Below are positions 47,171-56,866 of a stretch of 64,000 nt of DNA, piece by piece (the stretch's first letter is position 1; every line of letters starts with the position of its first letter). The DNA lies in assembly GCA_019058015.1 (NCBI GenBank), contig JAHLWH010000258.1, positions 2,191 to 66,190 of the forward strand, given 5' to 3'. The stretch comes from Promethearchaeota archaeon. GTDB lineage: Archaea > Asgardarchaeota > Lokiarchaeia > Sigyniarchaeales > SOKP01. The translations under genes and the position numbers were made by a program. The notes beneath the pieces were generated by a model. The model was given only the letters and a program-made list of their open reading frames with translations, did no database searches and had not been told where the DNA came from.

Positions 47171-47464
47171 CTAGAATTTGAGTTTTGATAAACGAGAGAT
47201 TTTTAAAGAATATTTAGGAATATTTGTATTAAGTCTTTTTAATTGATTTTTCTTGGCAATATTCGCAAGCATTCGACCAATTCTATCCACTTTAATATCT
47301 ACACCAAAATACTCTCGTAAAACGGAATTGATTTTATAAGAGCTTAATACAACTACATCTGAAAAGTTCTTTTGACACAAGAGAACTATCGCTTTTTTGA
47401 CATATTCTTGAAGTTTTAAATTATCTTCGCTCATAAAAAATTTTTCCCTATACTGTAAAATCAA
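47171..47464 (-). CDS. hypothetical small protein (97 aa)
   Basis: ORF 25 nt downstream of the CooC-like gene on the same strand. A basic C-terminus hints at nucleic-acid binding, but this is not supported further. Confidence 0.4.
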   Translation of the reverse strand: MILQYREKFFMSEDNLKLQEYVKKAIVLLCQKNFSDVVVLSSYKINSVLREYFGVDIKVDRIGRMLANIAKKNQLKRLNTNIPKYSLKISRLSKLKF

Positions 47465-47489
47465 ATTTTCATATATAAATTTTTTACTA

Positions 47490-48287
47490 TTAATTTTGTT
47501 TGAATTCTTTTAATTTTCCTAACAAATCTCGAATAGATTGAATTGCTTTTGAGTTTGGATTAAAATCGAGTGGTGCAATCCCCTCTAAATCAGCTTTCCC
47601 AATTTCCGGGTCAAAAGGAATAACATGAAATGAATTTAATCCAATTTCTTTCAATTTTTTTGTAATTATCTCTAATTCTACTTTGTCTTTAATTTTATTC
47701 AATACAATTAAATTGTTTTTTACTCCTAATCCTTTTGACAATTTTAGTATATGTTGAGTTAAATCTATTGACTTTATTGACGGTTCTGTTACAATTAGCA
47801 TGATCTCTATTCCCTTACCAGTGCCTCTTCCCAAATGTTCCAATCCAGCTTCAAAATCGACAATTACAGCTTCATTTCTCTGTACAAAAAGGTTATAAAG
47901 AAGTGTTCTAATTAATACATTTTCCGGGCATAAACATCCTGAACTTGGTTCCTCTATTGAGCCAACAGCAAGCAATTGGACTCCATCGGGTCCATAGATT
48001 TTGTATTTATCAGGAATATCTGAAACTTTAGGGTTTATGTTATATATTCCCCCACTTGCTGTACCAGGTCTTTGTCCCGTTCTTTGCTCTATAAGATCAA
48101 GCATTTCTTTTATTGGGACTATCTTTTGACGAGTATATTCATCAATCCCCACAGAATAACTTAAATTCATTGATGAATCATTATCAATAGCTAACACATT
48201 ATAACCATCTTGAGCAAATAATCTAGCCAATGTTCCAGCAATAAGTGTTTTCCCTACTCCTCCCTTTCCAGATACAGCAATTTTCAT
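47490..48287 (-). CDS. cooC: CooC/AcsF-type MinD-family nickel-insertion ATPase
   Basis: Deviant Walker A SGKGGVGKT and the conserved metal-binding C-x-C (SSGCLCPEN). 265 aa. Confidence 0.7.
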   Translation of the reverse strand: MKIAVSGKGGVGKTLIAGTLARLFAQDGYNVLAIDNDSSMNLSYSVGIDEYTRQKIVPIKEMLDLIEQRTGQRPGTASGGIYNINPKVSDIPDKYKIYGPDGVQLLAVGSIEEPSSGCLCPENVLIRTLLYNLFVQRNEAVIVDFEAGLEHLGRGTGKGIEIMLIVTEPSIKSIDLTQHILKLSKGLGVKNNLIVLNKIKDKVELEIITKKLKEIGLNSFHVIPFDPEIGKADLEGIAPLDFNPNSKAIQSIRDLLGKLKEFKQN

Positions 48288-48384
48288 TTTTTCGGTTCTC
48301 GTATAGTTATATAAATATATAAGGTTATTAAATCTTTTAATAATAAAAAATATTTCTCTAAATTATAAATTCGGGATTTAAGCT

Positions 48385-49146
48385 TTGTTTAAACGTGCAA
48401 TTGTTAGAAAACCAAGCAAGAATTTTCAAGATGGTATTACAAAATCTAATTTAGGTAAGCCAATATATAATAAAGCGCTTAAACAACATTCAAACTATGT
48501 CAAAGTATTAGATAACTGTGGTCTTGAAATAATAAAATTAAATGCAGACGATAGATTTCCAGATTCAACCTTTGTTGAGGATACTGCAATCGTTAATGAA
48601 GATTTTGCAATAATTACTAACATTGGTACGTTAAGCAGAAAAGGAGAAGAAGTAGAAATTAAACAAGTATTAGAAATGTTTTATGATAATATTGAATCAA
48701 TAAAAAAACCGGGAACTGTAGATGGAGGGGATGTTATGAAAGTAGAGAATTGCTATTATATTGGTCTCTCAAAAAGAACAAATAAAGAAGGAGCAAGGCA
48801 ATTAATAGAGGTTTTAAAGAAATATGGTTATTCTTATGTAACTATTCCATTAACAAATGTTCTTCATTTAAAATCAGGTGTTTCCTATATTGGAGATAAT
48901 AATCTAATTGCAGCTGGAGAATTTATAGATAATCTTAATTTTATAGGTTATAATATTATCAAAGTTGAAGAAAATGAAAAATACGCTGCAAACAGTGTAA
49001 AGATAAATAATTATGTTCTTATACCAAAAGGATTTGAGAAGTTAAAAGAATCAATATTAAGTTTAGGTTATAAAATAATTGAAATTGAAATGTCGGAGTT
49101 TAGAAAAATGGATGGTGGTCTTTCTTGTTTATCCCTTAGATTCTAA
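48385..49146 (+). CDS. Dimethylarginine dimethylaminohydrolase (DDAH)-like amidinotransferase-fold enzyme
   Basis: 253 aa. Begins AIVRKPS and ends MDGGLSCLSLRF (catalytic Cys context of the guanidino-modifying superfamily), with an HLKS motif. TTG start. Confidence 0.65.
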   Translation: MFKRAIVRKPSKNFQDGITKSNLGKPIYNKALKQHSNYVKVLDNCGLEIIKLNADDRFPDSTFVEDTAIVNEDFAIITNIGTLSRKGEEVEIKQVLEMFYDNIESIKKPGTVDGGDVMKVENCYYIGLSKRTNKEGARQLIEVLKKYGYSYVTIPLTNVLHLKSGVSYIGDNNLIAAGEFIDNLNFIGYNIIKVEENEKYAANSVKINNYVLIPKGFEKLKESILSLGYKIIEIEMSEFRKMDGGLSCLSLRF

Positions 49147-49351
49147 CATCTAATGATGTAAAAACAAGATTATTGAATTTAAAATAAAGTTTTTAATAAA
49201 AAGTTATTTTAATTTAACAAGATAAATTTTATTTTTAATTAAAACCAAATTTTAATTTAAGTAGAGATTAAATATTATATTATTAAATTTGGATTGTATT
49301 CTTAAAATATGTGAATTTACGGGTTTTAAATATAAAAAATTCTAAATAAAA

Positions 49352-51652
49352 ATGAAAAACATTTATTATAATCTTAAAAGAGCCATTTTCAATAAAGAGA
49401 TTTATGTAAAAGGCAAAGAACCTTCAAAATCTTATTATGGAAAAAAATTTTGGGGGTTATTTGGAATTTTTTTGTTTTTTTCTTTTATGATTTTTTTTAA
49501 TATTAATAATCCTGATAATATTTTTTTCCAAATTTTGATGTTTGGAAATCCTTTTGTTTTAGGAAATGCATTAATATTGTTTTATTTTACACTCTCTCTA
49601 TTATTTAGCGTGGATAAAATAAGACAATTTATATTTGAAAAAAATACTGTTATTAAGCAAATATGTATTTTTTCTGGATTAATTACTGGATGGTTTTTTC
49701 TATTTTTATTAGTAGACACCATATTTCAATTTAATTATATGAGCTTTCTTTTAATATTAGCAATGATCTGGCTAATTTTACAAAGTTCAAGATTTTATAC
49801 GTATTCAAGAAAATTTTCTACTAAAATTGAGGCAAAAGTAGTGGCAAAATATTCAGTTTTTAGGAATTTTATCATCTTTTTAATTCCTTTTCTAATTTTA
49901 GGAATTTTAGTAATTATATCCTGGTCTTTTAGAGCTTTTATTGTTTTTCTCACTCTAGATTTCTTGGGAACTTTAAATCCAACAGGATCATTTGAAGTTT
50001 ATCTAATTGAAATGATAAGAGTAATGCCATTAATATATATTTCACTAATTACAACTATTGTATTCATAATTATTGAATTCATTCTTACTAGGAAGCGGGC
50101 AGAAACTAGAAGAGCGGGATTATTTGACAATTTTACATTTGCAATAATTGTTTTTTTCATATTTTTTTATCAAATTTACCAAGTGACATTATATATTATT
50201 CTTCTACCAGAAACATCAAATGCATTAAGAGGAGCTTTTGGTGGAGCTTCAAATGTGATTGGGTACCTATTCTTTTTTGAATTTTTTATTTCAATAATAT
50301 TTTTAATAAGAATTATACGAAAAATTGGAACTACTCTTGGATGGCGAATTTTATTCTTTAAAAAAGATGGTTTAATAATGTTTTTTTTAGCTTGTGTTTT
50401 AGGACAAACCATATCACGATTCGCCGTAGCTACTAGCACTCCAAATCAAGAAATTGGTGGGTTATCAGAATTATTAATGCACGATCGTTATCTAATTTCA
50501 ATTATAATGATAATCTTCTTAGGATTAACCATTTTAGTTTATTACTTAAAACCTCATGAAACTTCAATGTTTATGCGAATTCAAAAAGAGATTGTTAAAG
50601 AAGAAGAAAAAAGTATGGAAACAATTTTAAAAATTTTAAGGAATGAATTTATTCGAAGGGGTGAAGCCTTTCCAATTGATTTAATTGAAAAAGAATTAAT
50701 AAAGGCATCGCAATTATCTAAGGGAATTGTTTATTCAATTATTCGCAAAATTGATGACAAAAAAGTTGATTTTAGAGTAATAACACGACAAGAAAAGGAA
50801 GGTACCGAAAGAAAATATGCTGAATTCACTTCAATTACCGAAAAATTTCAAAAGAAAGGAGAAGCTGCTAAAAAAGCAAGGCATTATTTATCAGAACAAC
50901 TAGTAGAAACCCTTCAAAAACAGCCTGGTGATGCAATGCAACTTCAAAAAAAAATTGATAAAGAGAAAGCTTCAGATAAATTCATTCAATCTCTATCTAC
51001 TAATTTTTCAAAAAAAGTAATATCAGAGCAAGAACATACTGAATCTATAAAGGAAAAAACGGTCTCATTTACAAAAGAGCATGATGAGTTTCTTGAGGAT
51101 AGAATTATTAAATTAATTAAAAAAGAATATATCTATCGGATTGAAAATCCCGAACAATATCCAGAATATAAATTCTTAATCTCTGAGATTGCCCCAATAA
51201 TTGAATTAGAAACAAAAGTTAGTTCAGGTGTTTTGTATCCTCTATTAGAGGAATTAAATAAATCAAATCTTGAATTAAATCTTTTAGACAATAAAGAAAA
51301 TCCTGATGATAAATTTATAAACTTTATACCGTATTGGGATTTCGATATAGATAATTATTTAATAAATTTCCATCCCGAAGATTATTCAAAAACCGTTATT
51401 TATTATTATAAAAAACTAGCTTCTTGTCTAACACAACCAAAATATTTAGATATTTTAAAATCAATTTCTAAGAAAATAAAAAATGAAAACAAATTACAAG
51501 AATCTCTAAATTCTTTTTATGATAAATTAATTAAATATTATCCCAAATTTGAAAAAGAATTAAAAAGAGTTCCTGATAAAGGAAAATTAATTAAACTACT
51601 TGAAAAATATGCCACTATTATAGAAGCAATACGAAGAAAAACTAAGAATTAA
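49352..51652 (+). CDS. Polytopic membrane protein (~10 TM segments) with ~360-aa cytoplasmic C-terminal region
   Basis: The N-terminal ~400 aa has repeated long hydrophobic stretches. The C-terminal half is charged and contains two winged-helix-like segments (..QLSKGIVYSIIRKIDDKKV.. ; ..KVSSGVLYPLLEELNKSNL..). Confidence 0.5.
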   Translation: MKNIYYNLKRAIFNKEIYVKGKEPSKSYYGKKFWGLFGIFLFFSFMIFFNINNPDNIFFQILMFGNPFVLGNALILFYFTLSLLFSVDKIRQFIFEKNTVIKQICIFSGLITGWFFLFLLVDTIFQFNYMSFLLILAMIWLILQSSRFYTYSRKFSTKIEAKVVAKYSVFRNFIIFLIPFLILGILVIISWSFRAFIVFLTLDFLGTLNPTGSFEVYLIEMIRVMPLIYISLITTIVFIIIEFILTRKRAETRRAGLFDNFTFAIIVFFIFFYQIYQVTLYIILLPETSNALRGAFGGASNVIGYLFFFEFFISIIFLIRIIRKIGTTLGWRILFFKKDGLIMFFLACVLGQTISRFAVATSTPNQEIGGLSELLMHDRYLISIIMIIFLGLTILVYYLKPHETSMFMRIQKEIVKEEEKSMETILKILRNEFIRRGEAFPIDLIEKELIKASQLSKGIVYSIIRKIDDKKVDFRVITRQEKEGTERKYAEFTSITEKFQKKGEAAKKARHYLSEQLVETLQKQPGDAMQLQKKIDKEKASDKFIQSLSTNFSKKVISEQEHTESIKEKTVSFTKEHDEFLEDRIIKLIKKEYIYRIENPEQYPEYKFLISEIAPIIELETKVSSGVLYPLLEELNKSNLELNLLDNKENPDDKFINFIPYWDFDIDNYLINFHPEDYSKTVIYYYKKLASCLTQPKYLDILKSISKKIKNENKLQESLNSFYDKLIKYYPKFEKELKRVPDKGKLIKLLEKYATIIEAIRRKTKN

Positions 51653-51883
51653 CTAACTTAAAATTTATTCACTCAAAAATTATCTCTTATTTTCCTTATA
51701 TTGTTGATATATTCCAATTTCAATAAATTAAATGTAAAAAAAGTCAACTGAATTTAACTATTCATTCATATTACGTAGATATTATTCTATTTGTTAATTT
51801 TCTGTATTATTTAGAAATATATCTAGATATTTTTTAGAAAAAATCAGATTTAATATCAACATCTTTCATCTTTGGGTTAAAAA

Positions 51884-54800
51884 ATGACTTATATTAAATC
51901 AATAATATGTCAAGGTTTTAAGAGCTTTCGAAATAGAACTATAGTATACTTTGACAGAGGATTTTCCGCAATTGTAGGGGCTAATGGATCAGGAAAATCA
52001 AATATTTTAGATGCTTTTGTTTTTGCTCTTGGAGAGTTATCAGGAAACAAAATGAGAGTAAAAAATGTGAGAGATTTAATATGTAATGGGGGCTCTGTTG
52101 AGAAGAATCCTTCTAATTTTGCGCAAGTTGATATTATTTTCGATAATTCTGATGGAAAAATTCTTATTGATAGTAAGGATGTAATTATTTCAAGAAAAAT
52201 TGATATTAAAGGCAACGGTAATTATTATATTAATAGAAGACGTACAACCAGAAGGGATTTACAAGATTTAATGGATTTATGTAATCTTATTCCAAATTCT
52301 ACAAATCTGATATTACAGGGAGAGTTATTTCGAATAATAAATATGACCAATTTGGAAAGACGAATTTTAATTGATGAAATTTCTGGGATTGCATCTTATA
52401 ATGAAAAAAAGGAAAGCGCAAAAAAACAGTTGGAAAAAGTGGAAGAAAACATATCTCGTATTACCATTCTTTTAAACGAAGTTTCTATTCAATTGACCAA
52501 TCTTGAGTCTGAAAAAAATGATGCACTAGAATATCAACATTTAGATAATGAACAAAAAAATACGGAAAAAGCCTTATTGATTGTAAAAATTAATTCTATT
52601 CGTACAGATATAAGGAAAATTGAAGATAAAAAATTAGCAATTAATCAAGAAATTAATGAAATAGAAAAAAATATTATAAATAATAGAAATCTCTTAAGTG
52701 AAATAAATGAGAATCTCGAATTTATTAATGAAAAGATTAAGAATCTAGAATCTGAAGAATTGTTAGAATTAACAAAAAAAATTAATGATTTAAAAACAGA
52801 AAAAGCGAAATATGAAACTTCAAAGGAACATTTAAATAAAGAAATAGATAAGTTATCGCAAGAAATAATCGAATCAGGCAATAAAAAAGAAAATATTCAA
52901 AAAGAAAAGCAGAATTTAAAACAAGAATTAATTCAATTCGAGAAAGAAAAAGAGATACATCATAATAGTTTAACTATTAAAAATCAAGAATTAGATGTTT
53001 TGAAAAAGGAATTAGAAAAAATCGATTCTAACTATATGGAAATTCAACAGCAATTATCAATTTTAAGAGAAAAAATTTCAAAAGACCAAGAGACAAAAAA
53101 TCAACTTTATTCCGAAATAAAAGTTCTGGAAAATAAGCAGCAAAATTTCGAAAATATTAAACACAATACACATGAGAAAATAACCAAATTAAGAAGGGAA
53201 CTCCAGAATTTTAAAGAAAACCTAATCCAATTAAATGAAAAAAGAAACGAGCATAAAAAAACAGGAACTATTACCCATAATATTAAAAATTTAGAAAGTG
53301 AAAAAATCAAAATAGATAACGAACTCAAAAGATTACAAGAAATTATCGAAGACAGACATATTCAACTCATTTCTCTCAAATCTAAAATAAAAACAATTAA
53401 AAATTTTAATCAAAATCGAGCCGTAGAGGCAATTCTAAAAATTAAGGATACAGATATAATAAATGGAGAAATTTTTGGGACAATATCACAGTTGGGAAAA
53501 ATTGATTCGAAATATGATATTGCTCTTGAAGTAGCTGGTGGTGCAAAATTAAAATATATAATAGTAGATTCTCAAAAAACTGCTAAAGAATGTATTCAAT
53601 ATTTGAAAGAAAATAAAATCGGACGTGCTTCATTTATCCCATTGGATAGAATTAAGGTAAATTACCCAAATTTTGCAATTAATAATAATGAAAATGTAAT
53701 CGGTAGAGTTGTTGATTTAATCCAATTTAACTCTCAATTTGTAAAAGCGTTTGAGTTTGTTTTTGGTAAAACAATAATCGTTAAAGATTTGGAAACAGCA
53801 ATAAAATTGCCAATAAATGCGAGAAAAGTTACATTAAAAGGAGATATAGTGGAAAGCTCGAATCTAATGCATGGAGGTTCGCATAAAAAAAGAATAGGAT
53901 TATCTTTTAAATCTATGGAAGAATCTGAAATTCGAGTACTTGAAGAGGACTTAAATAAACTAAGAAATAAAGAAAATATGTTACTTTCTGAACTTAAGCA
54001 GATTGACATGAAAATAACTGAATATTATAGGACTAGAATTCAAGGAAATAATTCTCTAAACGAAATAACCCAACAATTAAATCTTTTTGAAGAAAGAATA
54101 AATGAAAAAGAAAATGAATTAAATTCCTTAGAAAGCGAGATTCAAAAAATAGACGATGAAAATAATCAAGTTAAAATAAGTTTTGCGGAGAAAAAGAAGA
54201 TATTAGATGGAATTGTTAATCAAATATCTGATTTAAAAGATCAAGAGAAAAAATTACAGGAAGGGATTCAAAATAGTAAAAATATTAAAATAAAAAATGA
54301 TATTCAAACTTTAGAAGAAGAAACAAGTCACCTTACAAGTAAAGTTTCAGAACTTGAATTAAAAATTACAAAAATCAAAGCAAAATTAGAAGATTTCATT
54401 GAAAATCGCATTAAAGAAATTGAACAAACGATTTCTAAAAACGAAGAAACAATCAAAATTAATTTATCTGAAATTGAATCCATTGATGGGTCTCTTACAT
54501 CAATAAATTCAGAAATACAAACAATTAATGAGAAAATATTGGAAGAAAATCAGATTCTTGGGCAATATATAGCTGAAAAAAATCAATTATTAAAAAAAAT
54601 TACAGATCTAAGAATAAAAATTGAAGAAATGAAATCATCAATTCATCCTAAGTCACTTCAAGTTAATACATTGGAAAATAAAATAGAAAATCTAATTGAA
54701 CAATTACACGAATTTAAAACTGAATTCGGGGAAAACTTCGAACATTTTTTTAATGAAGATAATAATATTATCCCTGAAGAAATTAGACAAAAGTTATCCT

Positions 54801-55471
54801 TATCTCAACAGAAGTTGGAAGAAATCATTAAAAACTGCATAGAAAAGAAAGTTTTACTAGAACCAGTTAATATGAGAGCAATTGAGAAATATGATAAAAT
54901 AAAGAATCGATATGATGATTTAATTGAGAAACATGAACAAATTGCAACCGAACGACAAGCTATTCTTAATTTTATTGATCAGATTGAAACAGAGAAAAAA
55001 GATGTTTTTATGAGAACTTTTAATAAAATAAATGAAAATTTCGGTATGATTTTTTCAAAATTAAGTCTAAATGGAGAAGCCAAGCTAGAATTAGAAAATC
55101 ATGATGATCCTTTTGAGGGCGGCCTAATAATAATGGCTCGACCGGGAAGTAAAAAGTGGTGTCTAACTCGGTCAATGTCTGGTGGAGAAAAAACACTCAC
55201 AATTATTGCCCTGATATTGGGAATTCAACAATATGTTCCTTCACCTTATTATATTTTAGACGAGATTGATGCATGTTTAGATGAGGCTAATACAATACTT
55301 GTTGCAGATATGATTAAAGAATTATCCCTTAAATCGCAATTTATTCTAATCACTCATAGAGAACCAACTATGGAAAGAAGCGACCAGTTATTAGGAATTT
55401 CAATCACCGATGGTATTAGTCAAGTTGTCAATATTAATATAGTGGAGGCTTTAGCGCAAATTGCTGAGTAA
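51884..55471 (+). CDS. smc: SMC chromosome-segregation ATPase
   Basis: 1195 aa. Walker A GANGSGKSN, long coiled coils flanking a hinge (..GRASFIPLD..), signature MSGGEKT, and Walker B YYILDEIDACLD. Confidence 0.9.
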   Translation: MTYIKSIICQGFKSFRNRTIVYFDRGFSAIVGANGSGKSNILDAFVFALGELSGNKMRVKNVRDLICNGGSVEKNPSNFAQVDIIFDNSDGKILIDSKDVIISRKIDIKGNGNYYINRRRTTRRDLQDLMDLCNLIPNSTNLILQGELFRIINMTNLERRILIDEISGIASYNEKKESAKKQLEKVEENISRITILLNEVSIQLTNLESEKNDALEYQHLDNEQKNTEKALLIVKINSIRTDIRKIEDKKLAINQEINEIEKNIINNRNLLSEINENLEFINEKIKNLESEELLELTKKINDLKTEKAKYETSKEHLNKEIDKLSQEIIESGNKKENIQKEKQNLKQELIQFEKEKEIHHNSLTIKNQELDVLKKELEKIDSNYMEIQQQLSILREKISKDQETKNQLYSEIKVLENKQQNFENIKHNTHEKITKLRRELQNFKENLIQLNEKRNEHKKTGTITHNIKNLESEKIKIDNELKRLQEIIEDRHIQLISLKSKIKTIKNFNQNRAVEAILKIKDTDIINGEIFGTISQLGKIDSKYDIALEVAGGAKLKYIIVDSQKTAKECIQYLKENKIGRASFIPLDRIKVNYPNFAINNNENVIGRVVDLIQFNSQFVKAFEFVFGKTIIVKDLETAIKLPINARKVTLKGDIVESSNLMHGGSHKKRIGLSFKSMEESEIRVLEEDLNKLRNKENMLLSELKQIDMKITEYYRTRIQGNNSLNEITQQLNLFEERINEKENELNSLESEIQKIDDENNQVKISFAEKKKILDGIVNQISDLKDQEKKLQEGIQNSKNIKIKNDIQTLEEETSHLTSKVSELELKITKIKAKLEDFIENRIKEIEQTISKNEETIKINLSEIESIDGSLTSINSEIQTINEKILEENQILGQYIAEKNQLLKKITDLRIKIEEMKSSIHPKSLQVNTLENKIENLIEQLHEFKTEFGENFEHFFNEDNNIIPEEIRQKLSLSQQKLEEIIKNCIEKKVLLEPVNMRAIEKYDKIKNRYDDLIEKHEQIATERQAILNFIDQIETEKKDVFMRTFNKINENFGMIFSKLSLNGEAKLELENHDDPFEGGLIIMARPGSKKWCLTRSMSGGEKTLTIIALILGIQQYVPSPYYILDEIDACLDEANTILVADMIKELSLKSQFILITHREPTMERSDQLLGISITDGISQVVNINIVEALAQIAE

Positions 55472-56054
55472 TCAAATTGAAAATGGATTCAGTAATAAAG
55501 ATATTAATTTCAATTGTGAAGATTCAGCATTTATTGATAAAGCAGAAATATATTTAAGACAAATTTTAGAATATGATGAATTTAAAAGAACTATAGAATC
55601 CATTTTATTTCAAGCACGACGTCCTGTTAAAATACGAGAATTTTTAAAAATTTTAACAAAAACCTCAAAAGAAAGAATAATAAAAGCAATCTCAGATATT
55701 CAAAAAGAATATAAATTATTTAATACCGTATTAAAAATTGTAGAATATGCCGATCAACGATTTGAATTAATCGTAAAAAAAGAGATAATAAATACAGTCG
55801 AAAAATTTACACTCGGCGACTTATTCAATCAATTTGAAATTAAAATATTAACATATGTGATTTTTAAGCACTCCAAGGTAAGTAAGAGAGAAATTGCTTC
55901 CAAATTTGGAAGTTCAGCATATAATTATATAAAAACTTTAAAAAAGAAAGGATTTATTGAAGAAAACAACAAAATGGTTTTTCTAACTACTCACTTTTAT
56001 GATTATTTTGAATTAAAGGATAACTCACCAATTAATCTTAAAGAATTTCTGTAG
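55461..56054 (+). CDS. scpB: ScpB (SMC-associated segregation and condensation protein B)
   Basis: IESILFQARRPVKIREFLKIL matches the ScpB N-terminal wHTH motif (iEAlLF....P....l..il), with a second wHTH later. There is no in-frame ATG, so the start is TTG at 55461, overlapping the smc 3' end by 11 nt. Confidence 0.65.
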   Translation: MLSNQIENGFSNKDINFNCEDSAFIDKAEIYLRQILEYDEFKRTIESILFQARRPVKIREFLKILTKTSKERIIKAISDIQKEYKLFNTVLKIVEYADQRFELIVKKEIINTVEKFTLGDLFNQFEIKILTYVIFKHSKVSKREIASKFGSSAYNYIKTLKKKGFIEENNKMVFLTTHFYDYFELKDNSPINLKEFL

Positions 56055-56080
56055 AAATTTTCAAATGCAAAATAGTACCT

Positions 56081-56210
56081 AATAATTTCAATTTGATAAA
56101 AGATTGTTTCCTTTTCATATAAGTCTTTAAATTTATCATCCTCATCTTATCTAAAATACGGAGCGATAAAAAAACAACATTTTTATGTCCTTTATTTGAT
56201 AAATTTATTA
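56081..56210 (-). pseudogene. Decayed ~130-bp copy of the 3' end of the HExxH-vWA gene (paralog remnant)
   Basis: About 80% identical to 56915-57045. The homologous frame reads FFIAPYFR*DEDDKFKDLYEKETIFYQIEII versus FFISPYIGEDKDKRFKELYDKGAIFYQISNV in the intact gene, with an in-frame stop and a 1-nt indel. Confidence 0.7.
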
Positions 56211-56810
56211 TTAAGTGTTATCAAAAATTATTAAATAATCTGAGCCAATCTCTTTAATATACAATGGATTAAAATCCGAAAAGAATTTAAAAGCATCTTC
56301 TTTATTATCAAAATATTTCATTCTTTCATCATAACTATTAATTCCATCACTATCCCCTATGAGTGTATCAAATACTTTATATAAAAAATATATAGTTCTA
56401 TTTTTTATTTTAACTATAGCTGATTTTGACTCTAAAACAATAAGTCTTTTTGTTTTTTCTTTAGCTGTTATTAATAGTTCTTTATGCCTGGGCATTACAT
56501 GATGAAGTAGATCACAGATAACAATCACATCTGAAGTTGGATAGTCATCAAAATCAAAAACATTTTTATATTTGGTATTAATTCCTTTCATATTTTTTAA
56601 AAATTTTTCATTTAAATCCCATCCTTCATATTCACACGATTTATCTAAAAATTTATATAATAATCCAGTTCCACATCCTAAATCCAAAACTTTTTTATTT
56701 TTTCCAATACTTCTTGCAATTTCTTTATATCTAAATAAAAAATATTTTCTGTGAATTATTCTCAGAAAAAAATTGTAAATTTTTGGAGAAAGATACATAA
56801 CTGACTTCAT
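56211..56810 (-). CDS. Class I SAM-dependent methyltransferase
   Basis: Motif I VLDLGCGTGLL followed by an acidic residue (GWDLN). 199 aa. Confidence 0.75.
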   Translation of the reverse strand: MKSVMYLSPKIYNFFLRIIHRKYFLFRYKEIARSIGKNKKVLDLGCGTGLLYKFLDKSCEYEGWDLNEKFLKNMKGINTKYKNVFDFDDYPTSDVIVICDLLHHVMPRHKELLITAKEKTKRLIVLESKSAIVKIKNRTIYFLYKVFDTLIGDSDGINSYDERMKYFDNKEDAFKFFSDFNPLYIKEIGSDYLIIFDNT

Positions 56811-56866
56811 AATTAATCATTTTGGTAGAAATTCATCCTAAGTCTTATTATATAAAGAATATATTC

